64,000 bases of DNA from Eledone cirrhosa (taxonomy: Eukaryota). The position numbers and the translations under genes were made by a program. Below are positions 43,928 through 55,554 of this stretch, piece by piece (within the stretch, counting starts at the first letter, position 1; each line of letters opens with the position of its first letter). The stretch lies in the NCBI GenBank assembly GCA_964016885.1, contig OZ024742.1:2728001-2792000 (forward strand), read 5' to 3'. The notes under the pieces were generated by a model, which saw only the letters and a list, made by a program, of their open reading frames with translations, was not told the origin of the DNA and did not search any database.

Positions 43928-46900
43928 ATGACCTCACTCAGAATAGGCAGCATAAATGCGCGTGGCTTGGGGTCGTCATGGAAGCAGGGTCACCTGCTCA
44001 ACGACCTCAGGTCACTAAACATAGATGTAGTGGCCATCAGCGAGACCAGAATCTCCGAAGCACGGGCCTTCGCACCGATCTTCGGCGGCTGCGATGTGTA
44101 CGCATCTCCCAGCCGTCCTGGATCGGGTGGAGGAGTTGCTGTGCTTTTTCGGAGAGGTTTGGATCTCGCCATACGGGCCATCTTCCTGGACCCAGAGGGT
44201 AAGCTGGTGGTGCTGGACGTGACCAGCGGAGACGGGCAAGCTTTCAGGCTAGTGGCCGTCTATGCCCCGACAGGAGCAGGGCGACCTGATTTCTTCCGGC
44301 GTCTGGAGACCTTTCTTGGAACGTCCCGCTCTTTAGTGTTAGTGGGCGACTGGAACGGGATCTTAGATGCACGCTGGGACTGTGTGGGATTAGCGGATAG
44401 GGGTGGAGGGTGCAAGAGCCTCACCAACCTGCTCAGGCGTTTTGAACTGTCTGACAGGTACCGATTGGATTTCCCGAATGTGCCAATGTGGACTTGGACA
44501 AACCGCATAGGGTCATCCAGATCATATCTAGATAGAGTATTTTGTAGGGAAATAGATAGGTCTAGCATAGGCTGTCCACAATTCAAGATAGTCAGCTACA
44601 CGGACCACAAATTAGTGACCTGTGTGCTTGACTTAGATAGGCTTCATAGACGAGGACCCGGCTACTGGAAGCTAAACGCGTCCTTACCAGCGCGCAAGGC
44701 CTACAGAGACCGGATTAGCGAACTAGTTAAGCGGGCGTTGACGGGGGCCATCGTCAACAACAAGTGGTGGTTTGCTCTGAAAAGAGCGATTAGAATAGAA
44801 TCGATTAGGTTTAGTAAGGCTTTAGCAATAGAGAAAAATAGAGCAGAGGGAGAACTAGTTAGAAAATTAGACGAGGCGCTTAGCAAAGGCATTGCGACCG
44901 ACGTGCTTGCGGCGAAATTGGCCCTTGACCAATTCTTCAATGCAAAGCACGAAGGCTGCGTTGTCAGAGCTAGGGTGCGTGCTCTCAGACACGAGGGGAC
45001 GAAAGCCGTTCAATGGGCCCGAGTGGCGGAGGCGCGTCGTGGCAACGAAGCCACGATCCGGTCTTTGGTGGACCACGACGGGCGCATGCTACTCGATCCC
45101 GGGCAAATGTGTGAAGCTTTTCAGCGACACTTCGCTCAGCTGTTCGGGGGCAGCGGGGGGCCGGGTAGAGGGATGGACTTTAGTGTCTACCTCGACGGAC
45201 TGCCGCGGCTCTCGGCCACTGAGGCGAGGTGTTGCGAAAAGCCGATAACAGCCGCTGAAGTACGGGAGGCAATGACTGGCTGCACAAGGGGTAAATCGCC
45301 TGGTTTGGATGGTCTGCCCTATGAACTTTACGTACAGATGCCAGACTTGTTCGGAGGCCTTTTGGCGGACGTCTACTGCAACTGGCAACAGAACGGGAGA
45401 ATTCCCAGTTCTGTGAGCCGAGGAGCGGTGGCACTGCTGAGAAAGGATCCGAACAAGGGGGATAACATAGACAATTTCCGGCCCATAACTCTGCTAAACA
45501 CAGAGTTTAAGATTTTGGCCAAGGTGCTAGCAAAGAGGTTGGCGCTTGTCGTTGGTGGTCTGGTGGGAGAGGCGCACAATGCGCCATTCCCGACAGATCC
45601 ATCCACGACAACCTCCACCTCATGCGATACATCGTAGAGAGGGTAGCTAGGGAACCTGGCACGGGTGGGTCCTTGATCAATTTAGATCAGTCGAAAGCTT
45701 TCGATAGGGTCGACCATCGTTACCTAGCGGCAGTCCTGAGGGCGGCTGGCTTTGGGCCCGTCTTCAGAGGCTGGATCGCTGCCATGCACAGCGACATCTG
45801 CTCTGTGGTGAGAGTGAACGGTCACCTGTCGGAACCGTTCAACATCATGCGCTCGGTCCGCCAAGGATGTCCCCTCTCGTCCCTCTTGTACGTATTGACT
45901 CTCGAGCCATTACTGCACAAACTGGAGACGTTGAGGGGAGTCCCGCGCGAACTAGGATGCGGAAGATCCGTGTCAGCATATGCGGACGATGTCACCGTAG
46001 TGGTGTCGAACGCCAAACACATCGAGGCGATCGGCACTACACTAAGAGAATACGAAGCGGTGACAGGAGCAATGATCAACCAGGAAAAGTCAGTGGGCCT
46101 GCAGCTCGGCACCTGGAGAGGCAGGTCCATGCCGTCCAACAGCGTCGTCGGGCGCTGGACGGACGGACCGGTTAAATTGCTAGGGGTCTGGTTCGGTCCG
46201 GACCTCCAGACGGACAAAAACTGGGACGAGGTGACGAGCAGGGTGGCTGCTCTCACCCAGAAATGGGCGGAGAGGAAGCTATCCCTGAAAGGTCGAGCGG
46301 AGGTGGCTAACGCGTACATCGCGTCTGTCATCTGCTACCGCCTGACCGTCGTACCTTGTCCTAAGCCTCGCCTGACTGCGCTGGAGCGTTTGCTCTTTCG
46401 CTTTTTGTGGAAGGGACGTGCTCCGATGGTCAGGCGGTCCATCTGTTGTCAACACCCGCTACGTGGAGGGCTGGGAATGCCGTGGCTGATGATGCGCAGG
46501 CACGCGCTCAGGCTACGACATCTCCACCTCTTCCTCGACGGTGATCAGGTGTGGTCGCCGTTTGCTAGACGCGTTTTTCCCCAGCTCGTTTCCTTGACGG
46601 AGCTGCAGTCCTGGGTCAAGCGAAGACCGAGAGGGAGCGCCTGGAGACTGGAATGTCTTCAGGCGCTCACAGCCCTCGACCAATCGGGCAATGTGATCGG
46701 TGGAAACTCCACCTCGGCGTTCTATAGAGGATTAGTGGAGGGGAAGAGCGACGACGTACTTGGGGAAACTCTAGGCGTCGACGAAAATCAACTAGCCAAT
46801 CTCTTCGGAAGAACTTTCGGGCCAGGGCCTATGGACAACTTCCAGAAATCTCTGGCCTGGCAGTGCTACCGAGGAGCCTTGCCAGTTCGGGATAAACTCT

Positions 46901-47346
46901 ACAGGCATGGAGGTGCCGTCACCCGGGCATGTCCGAGATGCGCGCAGGGCGACGAAACCGTCCTGCACGCACTCGTCCAGTGTCCGAAAATTGCTGACTT
47001 GTGGGTTTATGTCGAACACCTGCTGTCGCGTTTAGGACGGATCCGGCTATCATCTGAGTCCATCGTGAGGATTTCCCCGCCCTCCTCCTTTAGCAGGGAA
47101 GGGCAGGCAGTTTTTATCTGCCTGGTGGCCATGGTGAAAGAGATAGTATGGTGGACACGTTTGAAAGGGCTGAAGACGAGCACTTACCTCTTCGGTGATG
47201 CTCTGATTGACTTTTTCAAATTTCATTTGAAAAGGAAAATCAGAGTAGAGAGGGAAGTGCTCTCTTCCCAGCATTTTGTTGAAAGATGGGTGAGAGAAGC
47301 AAGAATGGCTCGAGTGAATGGGCCTACTCTGAGCATATATCTGTAA
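43928..47346 (+). pseudogene. ORF2 APE-RT-CCHC with a single 1-nt deletion at ~45578
   Basis: SINARGL, SET, GDWN, SYLD, TDH, KAFDRV, RQGCPLS, YADD, CPRC..ETVLHALVQC; C has gcgcagacatgc where F has gcgcacaatgc. Confidence 0.92.
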
Positions 47347-47593
47347 ATTAAAGGTGGAAAACTGGGAGAGGGCACTTGCCTTGGTGGTCAGGGTCATTGT
47401 GGCTTTTTACTGGGCTTTCTCCACAAATGTCCCTCCGAAGTCTCCCCCCTATTGGGGAATTTTTCATTGTTATTTTTGTTACATCCTCTGTTTTTGTTTT
47501 TTACACGCAGAAATGCCCATTTGTACCGTCCTGCATTGTCCTGCACTGTCCTTAATGTCTACTTTATGTAAACCCTTGTGGTTAATAAAGAAA

Positions 47594-47655
<62 letters not shown>

Positions 47656-47661
47656 GTTATT

Positions 47662-49047
47662 TGAGTCTCAGTCATTGATGTTAGTTAACTGGAATGTTTG
47701 TTGAAATGAATATCAAGCCACTACCTGCAGCCTCAGATATTCAGGACGTATCGGAGGGTTCTTGCTGTTCCCAGCAAGCATGCCTTTTGAAGCGTTCCAA
47801 AAAGCGTGGCGGGGCCAATTTTCTTTAACCATCCCTGGAAAGTTTTTGAGATAGTACCTAGTGCGCCTATGACAACGGGACCACTTTAACTTAATGGCAG
47901 TTCCAAATCCTTTTTATCTCCCACTTTAATTCCTGATATCGGTTAATTTTCTCCCTCTCCTTCTCTTGCACTCTCGTGTCGAATGGGCAGGCCACATCCA
48001 CAATCAGGCACGATCTTTTTTCCTTGTCCAAAACCACCAGGTCAGGTCTATTGTGTTCCAGTTTCTTGTCCGTCAGTATCTAAAATCCCACAGCACCTTC
48101 ACCTGATCGTTTTCTATCACCGACTCTGGCTTATGCTCATACCACTTCTCAGAATGTGGTAAATTGTTTACTTTGCATATGTGCAAGCGGATCACCCTGC
48201 CCATCACATCATGTCTCCAGCCCTTAATATGAGTCTGGGCTAGGTGTTTACACTCGGATACAATGTGGGCCACAGTCTCCTCTCTCTCTCCACAGATCCT
48301 GCCCAGTGGGCTAGCCTCCTCCTTGTAAATATGGTGTTTCAACCACTTCGTTTTGAGGGTCTGCTCTTGCGCCGCCATTAGCATTCCTTCTGTAGCCTTT
48401 TTAAGGTCTCCTCTTTTCAACCAGTTCCATGTCTGTGGATCTCTGAATTCAGTTTTCTCAAAGAAGGTACTATGAAGGGATTTTTCATGAAGGCTGCTCT
48501 TTCTCCTTGTTGTTATTTCCTCCTTGGACATCCCCTGGTCTATTTTCCTCTCCTTCAGTACAATTCTGAGCATTGGCTCCTTACTATCAGTCACGTATTT
48601 GTGTAGGTTGTTTTTCTCCATCTGAACACAGTCCTCTATGCTGATAAGACCTCTTCCACCTTCAAATCTCCTTAAGTAGAGTCTATCGACATCACTCCTC
48701 TTGTGGAACATGTTGTAGATAGTCAATAGCTTCCTAGTCTTCCTATCCATTTCTTTCTGTTCAGCAACATTCCATCTCAGAATTCCCGCACTGTACCTAA
48801 TAATAGACACAGCTCGGGAATTTACTTCACTTATGGCATTCCTACTGTTCAGATGTGACTTTAATACGCTCCTTACTCTCCGAAGGTATTCAGATCTTAT
48901 CAATTCATTCATATTTTTGTTCTTGATCTCATCAGCCTCCAGAACACCCAAATACTTGTATACTTCTTCAGTGTCAATTTCCTTTATCATCTCACCTGTT
49001 GGTACCTGGATTCCGTTGCTTCTGCTCAATTTACCCGTCTTCATCAC
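47662..49047 (-). mobile_element. Second, divergent R4/Dong-like RLE element G, 5'-truncated
   Basis: YKYLGV, GGRGL, ETVAHIVSEC, RHD, RPDLVV, DVACP, IGALG; (TAA)n both sides. Confidence 0.88.
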
Positions 49048-49075
49048 AATTATCATCATTATTATTATTATTATA

Positions 49076-52000
49076 GGCGACCTACATAGTAAATCGTATC
49101 ATCGTGAGCTCCGCAAAGGTATGTTATTTTCAGTTGTTTAAAATTTGCAATTTATGGAAATTTTTTTATTGTTAACTGTATATAAGTGCACCTACATTGT
49201 TATCTGAAGAGGACAGCCAAACAGATTGGGGCCTTGAGCCCAAAATTTAAACTTTTATAATTATCAAACAAAAATTTTTCTTTGAAAAATCATGGTCGAC
49301 TCAGAGTCACTCTTTCCTCACAAACTAACACCTCACACCGACACCACCATTGTAAATATTACTATGTTTGCCAACACTAAAAATATAAGCAGTAGCAATA
49401 TTTTAAATTTGTCTCAGGCAGACATTTATTTGCCGCCATTACCAATGACTGCAGGTGTTAAAGACGCCACCCCCACCACCACCACAGCGACGACAGAAAC
49501 AAAAGAAAAAATTGAATTAACTCGTGATATCGAAATGAATTCAACCAAAATGAACTTTTCCACACCGAACACCACTGACGCCACCACCACCACAACTGAA
49601 ACTAAAATTAATAATAACAAAAATAACGATAACAACAACAGCAATGACATTAAGAAAACCACCCTGAGTTTTGCCAGAGTAGCAAAGCAGTGCGAAGCAT
49701 TTCAGGTAACTCAGGAGGAATTAGAAGAAGCCAAAAAATGGTAAAGAAAAATGGGTACAGGGTCAGCCCCCCTCCCACACACCTAATAAAATGGAGCATC
49801 GGCGCCTATGCACCGTGTCTTATCGAACAATTAATATAAAATCGCGCCGAGTGGAACGGGCATCCGATCCCAAATCCAAAAAGCTTTGGGACATGTGTGG
49901 GCAAAAAAAAACCCACATCAGACGTGGGCAGAATATGGAACCGTGGACGTGTTCTTTGAAACACCACAGGGGGCTAGAGAACACTCCATGGCCCCATTAA
50001 GAAGTGACGACTTCACACTCGTCCCAAGCTATTGTGGCAGAGACTCGTAAAGATCAGGATCACCCACGTTCCACCGGACATCGAAATTCCCTGGATAATA
50101 GCTGCCGTCCTCGCCGGCATCGAAGCCAACACCAAGATAATCGAAATAGCGAAAGAAAAGCAGGAGAACTGGTCCGGATCAGGGATGGAGCTCCTGATCC
50201 AAGCAGACCAAAAAAGCATTGAGGAGATCCCAGAGGTAATAGACCTCACTGACGGCAGCCACCTCACCGTAATCGTCGAGGGCAGAAGGTCTAGGTGTGT
50301 CGTTTGAGGTGAAGGAACCAACCTAAGGGCTTTCTGCCCTCAGGCTAAAAGGTTGAGGCCACCTCTCTTACCCACCCTAGTGACTCAACCATCAACACAA
50401 CCAGCAGCAGAGATGGCAGCAACAACTGTAGCAGCAACAACAGAAGCAACTGTAACAGCAACAACCCCAGCAACAGTAGCAAAACCAACACCACCACCAC
50501 CCAACGCGCCAGAACTAGCACCAGCGCCTACACCATCCACCACGCCACAACCAAAACCAACGCCTGTGGAGGATTTTCCACTTCCCGGCTTATCGCAACT
50601 GGAGACAGATTGTGACGACGAGGAGTGGGAAACGGTATCAGGAAAAAAGAAAAAAAGAAACCAAAAAAGAAAAAATTCTCTTCCCTCCCCCTCCAAAAAC
50701 AAAATACAGAGGGAAACAAATAAACTATCAAACAAAAAAGTTAGGACAGATATGCCACCATCCACACCAGCATCGCCAGCACCATCACCACAAACACCAA
50801 CACCATCACCATTATTAACCGCAACACCACCATCACCAACACCACAAAAGTCACCAAAAAGCGAAACAGAAACAAACCCACGACAAACGCAAACAAAACA
50901 AAACAACAAAAACGATACACACCACACAGCATTACATTTGAACAACAACCAATTATTACACTACATCCAACACAACACCAGGATCACAGAAAAATACTAC
51001 ACAACAACCCAAAAGTTCACACCACCTCCACACATACAAATCACTCGCATCACACAGAAAACGTACACGACACTAAAACAAAAATTCCCCAAAGACATCG
51101 GATACTTCCAAAAAGAACTCTCCGGGAGGATTTATAAGGACATCCTTCCGGAGGAGGCCACAAGCAGTGAAAAGGATGGAACAACCATCCTTCTTCTACG
51201 AGAAGTAAGGTAAGTGGTCTTTCCCATCTTTTCCACTCCATTTCAACATGACCTCACTCAGAATAGGCAGCATAAATGCGCATGGCTTGGGGTCGTCATG
51301 GAAGCAGGGCCACCTGCTCAACGACCTCAGGTCACTAAACATAGATGTAGTGGCCATCAGCGAGACAAGAATCTCCGAAGCACGTGCCTTAGCACCGATC
51401 TTCGGCGGCTACGATGTGTACGCATCTCCCAGCCGTCCTGGATCGGGGGGAAGGAGTTGCTGTGCTTTTTCGGAGAGGTTTGGATCTCGCCATACGGGCC
51501 ATCTTCCTGGACCCAGAAGGTAAGTTGGTGGTGCTGGACGTGACCAGCGGAGACGGGCAAGCTTTCAGGCTAGTGGCCGTCTATGCCCCGACAGGAGCAG
51601 GGCGGCCTGATTTCTTCCGGATCTGGACACCTTTCTTGGAACGTCCCGCTCTTTAGTGGGCGACTGGAACGGGATCTTAGATGCACGCTGGGACTGTGTG
51701 GGATTAGCGGATAGGGGTGGAGGGTGCAAGAGCCTCACCAACCTGCTCAGGGAATTTGAACAGTCTGACAGGTACCGATTGGATTTCCCGAATGTGCCAA
51801 TGTGGACTTGGACAAATCGCATAGGGTCATCCAGATCATATCTAGATAGAGTATTTTGGTACGATAGGATCGACCATGGTTACCTAGCGGGAGTCCTGAG
51901 GGCGGCTGGCTGTGGGCCGTCTTCAGAGGCTGGATCGCTGCCATGCGCAGCGAGATCTACTCTGTGGTGAGAGTGAACGGTCACCTTTCGGAACCGTTCA

Positions 52001-53756
52001 ACATCATGCGTTCGGTCCGCCAAGGATGTCCCCTCTCGTCCCTCTTGTACGTATTGACTCTCGAGCCATTACTGCACAAACTGGAGATGTTGAGGGGGAT
52101 CCCGCGCGAACTAGGATGCGGGAGATCCGTGTCAGCATATGCGGACAATGTCACCGTAGTGGTGTCGAACGCCAAACACATCGAGGCGATCGGCACTACA
52201 CTAATAGAATACGAAGCGGTGACAGGAGCAATGATCAACCAGGAAAAGTCAGTGGACCTGAAGCTCGGCACCTGGAGAGGCAGGTCCATTCCGTCCAACA
52301 GCGTCGTCGGGCGCTGGACGGACGGACAAGTTAAATTGCTAGGGGTCTGGTTCGGTGCGGACCTCCAGACGGACAAAAACTGGGACGAGGTGACGAGCAG
52401 GGTGGCTTCTCTCACCCAGAAATGGGCGGAGAGGAAGCTATCCCTGAACGGTCGAGCGGAGGTGGCTAACGCGTACATCGCGTCTGTCATCTGCTACCAC
52501 CTGACCTTCGTACCTTGTCCTAAGCCCCACCTGACTGCGCTGGAGCGTTTGCTCTTTCGCTTTTTGTTGAAGGGACGCGCTCCGATGGTTAGGCTGTCCA
52601 TCTGTTGTCAACACCCGCTACGTGGAGGGCTGGGCATGGTGTGGCTGATGATGCGCAGACACGCGCTCAGGCTACGACATCTCCACCTCTTCCTCGACGG
52701 TGATCAGGTGTGGTCGCCGTTTGCTAGACACGTATTTCCCCAGCTCGTTTCCTTGGCGGAGCTGTAGTCCTGGGTCAAGCGAAGACCGAGAGGGAGCGCC
52801 TGGAGACTGGGATGTCTGCAGTCGCTCACAGTCCTCGACCAATCGGGCAATGTGATCGGTGGAAACTCCACCTCGGTGTTCTATAGAGGATTAGTGGAGG
52901 GGAAGAGCGACGACGTACTTGGGGAAACTCTAGGCGTCGATGAAAATCAACTAGCCAATCTCTTCGGAAGAACTTTCGGGCCGGGGCCTATGGACAACTT
53001 CCAGAAATCTCTGGCCTGGCAGTGCTACCGAGGAGCCTTGCCAGTTCGGGATAAACTCTACAGGCATGGAGGTGCCGTCAGCCGGGCATGTCCGAGATGT
53101 GCGCAGGGCGACGATACCGTCCTGCACGCACTCGTCCAGTGTCCGAAAATTGCTGACTTGTGGGTTTATGTCGAACGCCTGCTGTCGCATGTAGGACGGA
53201 TCCGGCTATCATCTGAGTCCATCGTGAGGATTGCCCCACCCTCTTCCTTTAGCCGGGAAGGGCAGGCAGTTTTTATCTGTCTGGTGGCCATGGCGAAAGA
53301 GATAGTATGGTGGACACGTTTGAAAGGGCTGAAGATGAGCACTTACCTCTTCGGTGATGCCCTGATTGACTTTTTCAAATTTCATTTGAAAAGGAAAATC
53401 AGAGTAGAGAGGGAAGTGCTCTCTTCCCAGCATTTTGTTGAACGATGGGTGAGAGGAGCAAGAATGGCCCGAGTGAATGGGCCTTCTCTGAGTATGTATC
53501 TGTAAATTAAAGGTGGAAAACTGGGAGAGGGCACTTGCCTTGGTGGTCAGGGTCACTGTGGCCTTTTACTGGGCTTTCTCCACAAATGTCCCTCCGAAGT
53601 CTCCCCCCTATTGGGGAATTATTCATTGTTATTTTTTTTTGTTACATCCTCTGTTTTTGTTTTTTACACGCAGAAATGTCCATTTGTACCGTCCTGTATT
53701 GTCCTGCGCTGTCCTTAATGTCTACTTTATGTAAACCCTTGTGGTTAATAAAGAAA

Positions 53757-53758
<2 letters not shown>
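49076..53758 (+). mobile_element. Tx1/L1-like element H: C-type 5' half, F-type 3' end, ~1.15-kb deletion at ~51860
   Basis: Starts ggcgacctac like C; ORF2 from 51248; 3' UTR near-identical to F; (ATT)n 53759-53817. Confidence 0.92.
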
Positions 53759-53817
<59 letters not shown>

Positions 53818-53870
53818 GTTTTACTTTTCTCGTGCAATGGCCATACTCGATAACGAGGGGGCAGCCATCA
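53818..53870 (+). mobile_element. Orphan RTE-type 3' terminus
   Basis: tggccatactcgataacgagggggcagccatca resembles tggccgtactcgaaaacgagttggcagccacca ending the RTE-derived elements. Confidence 0.55.
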
Positions 53871-53918
53871 TATAAATATATATATGTATGTACGTTTGTA
53901 TCTATATATGTATACATA

Positions 53919-54288
53919 CTAAGAGAAAGAAAACTCTGATATAACACCTGCAACCCTGATGGTATCCAATGATGTTGACTTGTTCTTCTTTTTGGTAAAT
54001 ATCATCTTGGTTAAGAGAGTGGGACTGGCTTTGTGCAGTGCCTTTGCTCACTATAAAAGCTTCACGGCACAGGCATTGCTTTATATCTGGAGATCTCTCT
54101 GCACTTGTCGTCACATGGTACCATGGGCCCAGCACTGTGTCAATAATTGTCACAAGTGTAGTGTTTGTACCAGAGTTTTCAAGTCGCTGGCTGGACTAAA
54201 AAGTTACACTCGTCAGCGCATCGGTAGGCGTTCTCCTACATGGATATAAAGTAGTGGCCGTACTCGAAAACGAGTTGGCAGCCACCAT
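53919..54288 (+). mobile_element. RTE-derived bipartite non-autonomous element, copy 2
   Basis: Begins ctaagagaaagaaaactctgat (RTE 5' UTR motif, cf. 17574-17620); matches 16407-16690. Confidence 0.72.
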
Positions 54289-54559
54289 GTATATATGTAT
54301 GAATGAATGTATACATGTTTGTATGTATATGTTTGTATGTATGTACGTTTGTATCTGTATATATATATGTTTATATATGTATCCAGGAATGAATGCATAC
54401 ATGTATGTGTGTATATATAAATGGATGGATGTATTTTCTTGTCATATGACATACACACAGTAGCTGTCGAGTCAGGTCGAGATCAGTGAGCCAGACCATG
54501 GCGTAATTTGCAACATTATGGATTGCGTCTTGGCGACGTCTGACGGGACAATCCTGAAC

Positions 54560-54710
54560 AACATGACAGAATCATTACAACATCCAATAGAATAGGTTGT
54601 GCTATTCGTTCTGGCTCTATGTTTCCTGAGTTTAAATCAAGCCGAGGTCGTCTATGTTTTCCATCGCTAATGAAACGAAAACGTATCAGTTTAGTTCTGG
54701 GGTCGGTCCT
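54560..54710 (+). mobile_element. Old, decayed SINE
   Basis: cctgagtttaaatcaagccgaggtcgtctatgttttccatc resembles the SINE core. Confidence 0.4.
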
Positions 54711-55369
54711 TCTTCTATATCCCTTTCTAACATCTTCTCTATTATTTTCTATCCTTTTCTGGAAGAAAGCTACTATACTTAGGCCTGGAGAGAGATGGGT
54801 CCTGTTAGGCTTAAAATGCCCAAGAAATGCTTTATGGCCATAAGGTGTCCCATCGACTTCCTCAGGAGTTACGGGGTCATACGATATCATGCTTAAAACA
54901 TCTTGTTCTGTGTGTCACCTGTCTCTCTGTTAACATATCTTTCTGTCTCTTTTATCTGTACCCCCTCCCTTTCTGTCTCTATCTTTCTTCATCTTATTTC
55001 GTTTCACTAACACCCACCATTTTGTTTTAGCCTTGACATCATAACTTCGTCCCACACATCCATTCATCCGACCTTTATTGTTATCGATGGCCAATCGTCT
55101 GCCTTCATACATTCATCTGACCTTTATTGTTATCGATGGCCAATCGTATGCCTTCTCACATTCCGTAGTTTTACAGAACAACAACGAATCCAACCAAATA
55201 TTTATTTGGAAATATTTAGAATTTTATCTCTGGAATAATTTATCAGAAAATATTTTAAAAGATGTTTGTTAATTGAAAAGTTTGTAGTATCTTTACTCGT
55301 ATATAGATCATCGTGAAAAACCGCAATACAGGAGTAAAGATATTACTTTGTTATATGATGGTGTAATAG

Positions 55370-55530
55370 TTGTTTCTACTTTCGGTACAAGGCCAGCAAT
55401 TACCTAGTACATTACTGGTACTTTATTTTATCGACCCCGTAAGGATGAAAGGAAAAGTTAACCTCGACGGGATTCGAACTCAGACCGTAAAGGGACGTAA
55501 CTATGCTGGAAGGCATGGCATCCAACCCTC
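55370..55530 (-). mobile_element. tRNA-derived SINE
   Basis: Reverse complement closely matches 17840-17985. Confidence 0.75.
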
Positions 55531-55554
55531 TTAGTGTTTTACTTTTATATATGA

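Larger units (their letters stand above)
41581..47595 (+). mobile_element. Tx1/L1-like element F: full length, nearly intact
   Basis: Intact ORF1, ORF2 with one frameshift, AATAAA then (ATT)n; (ATT)n upstream. Confidence 0.95.

Noticed and set aside
54516-54890. 124-aa minus-strand ORF
   Set aside because: Overlaps a decayed SINE; no recognisable domain
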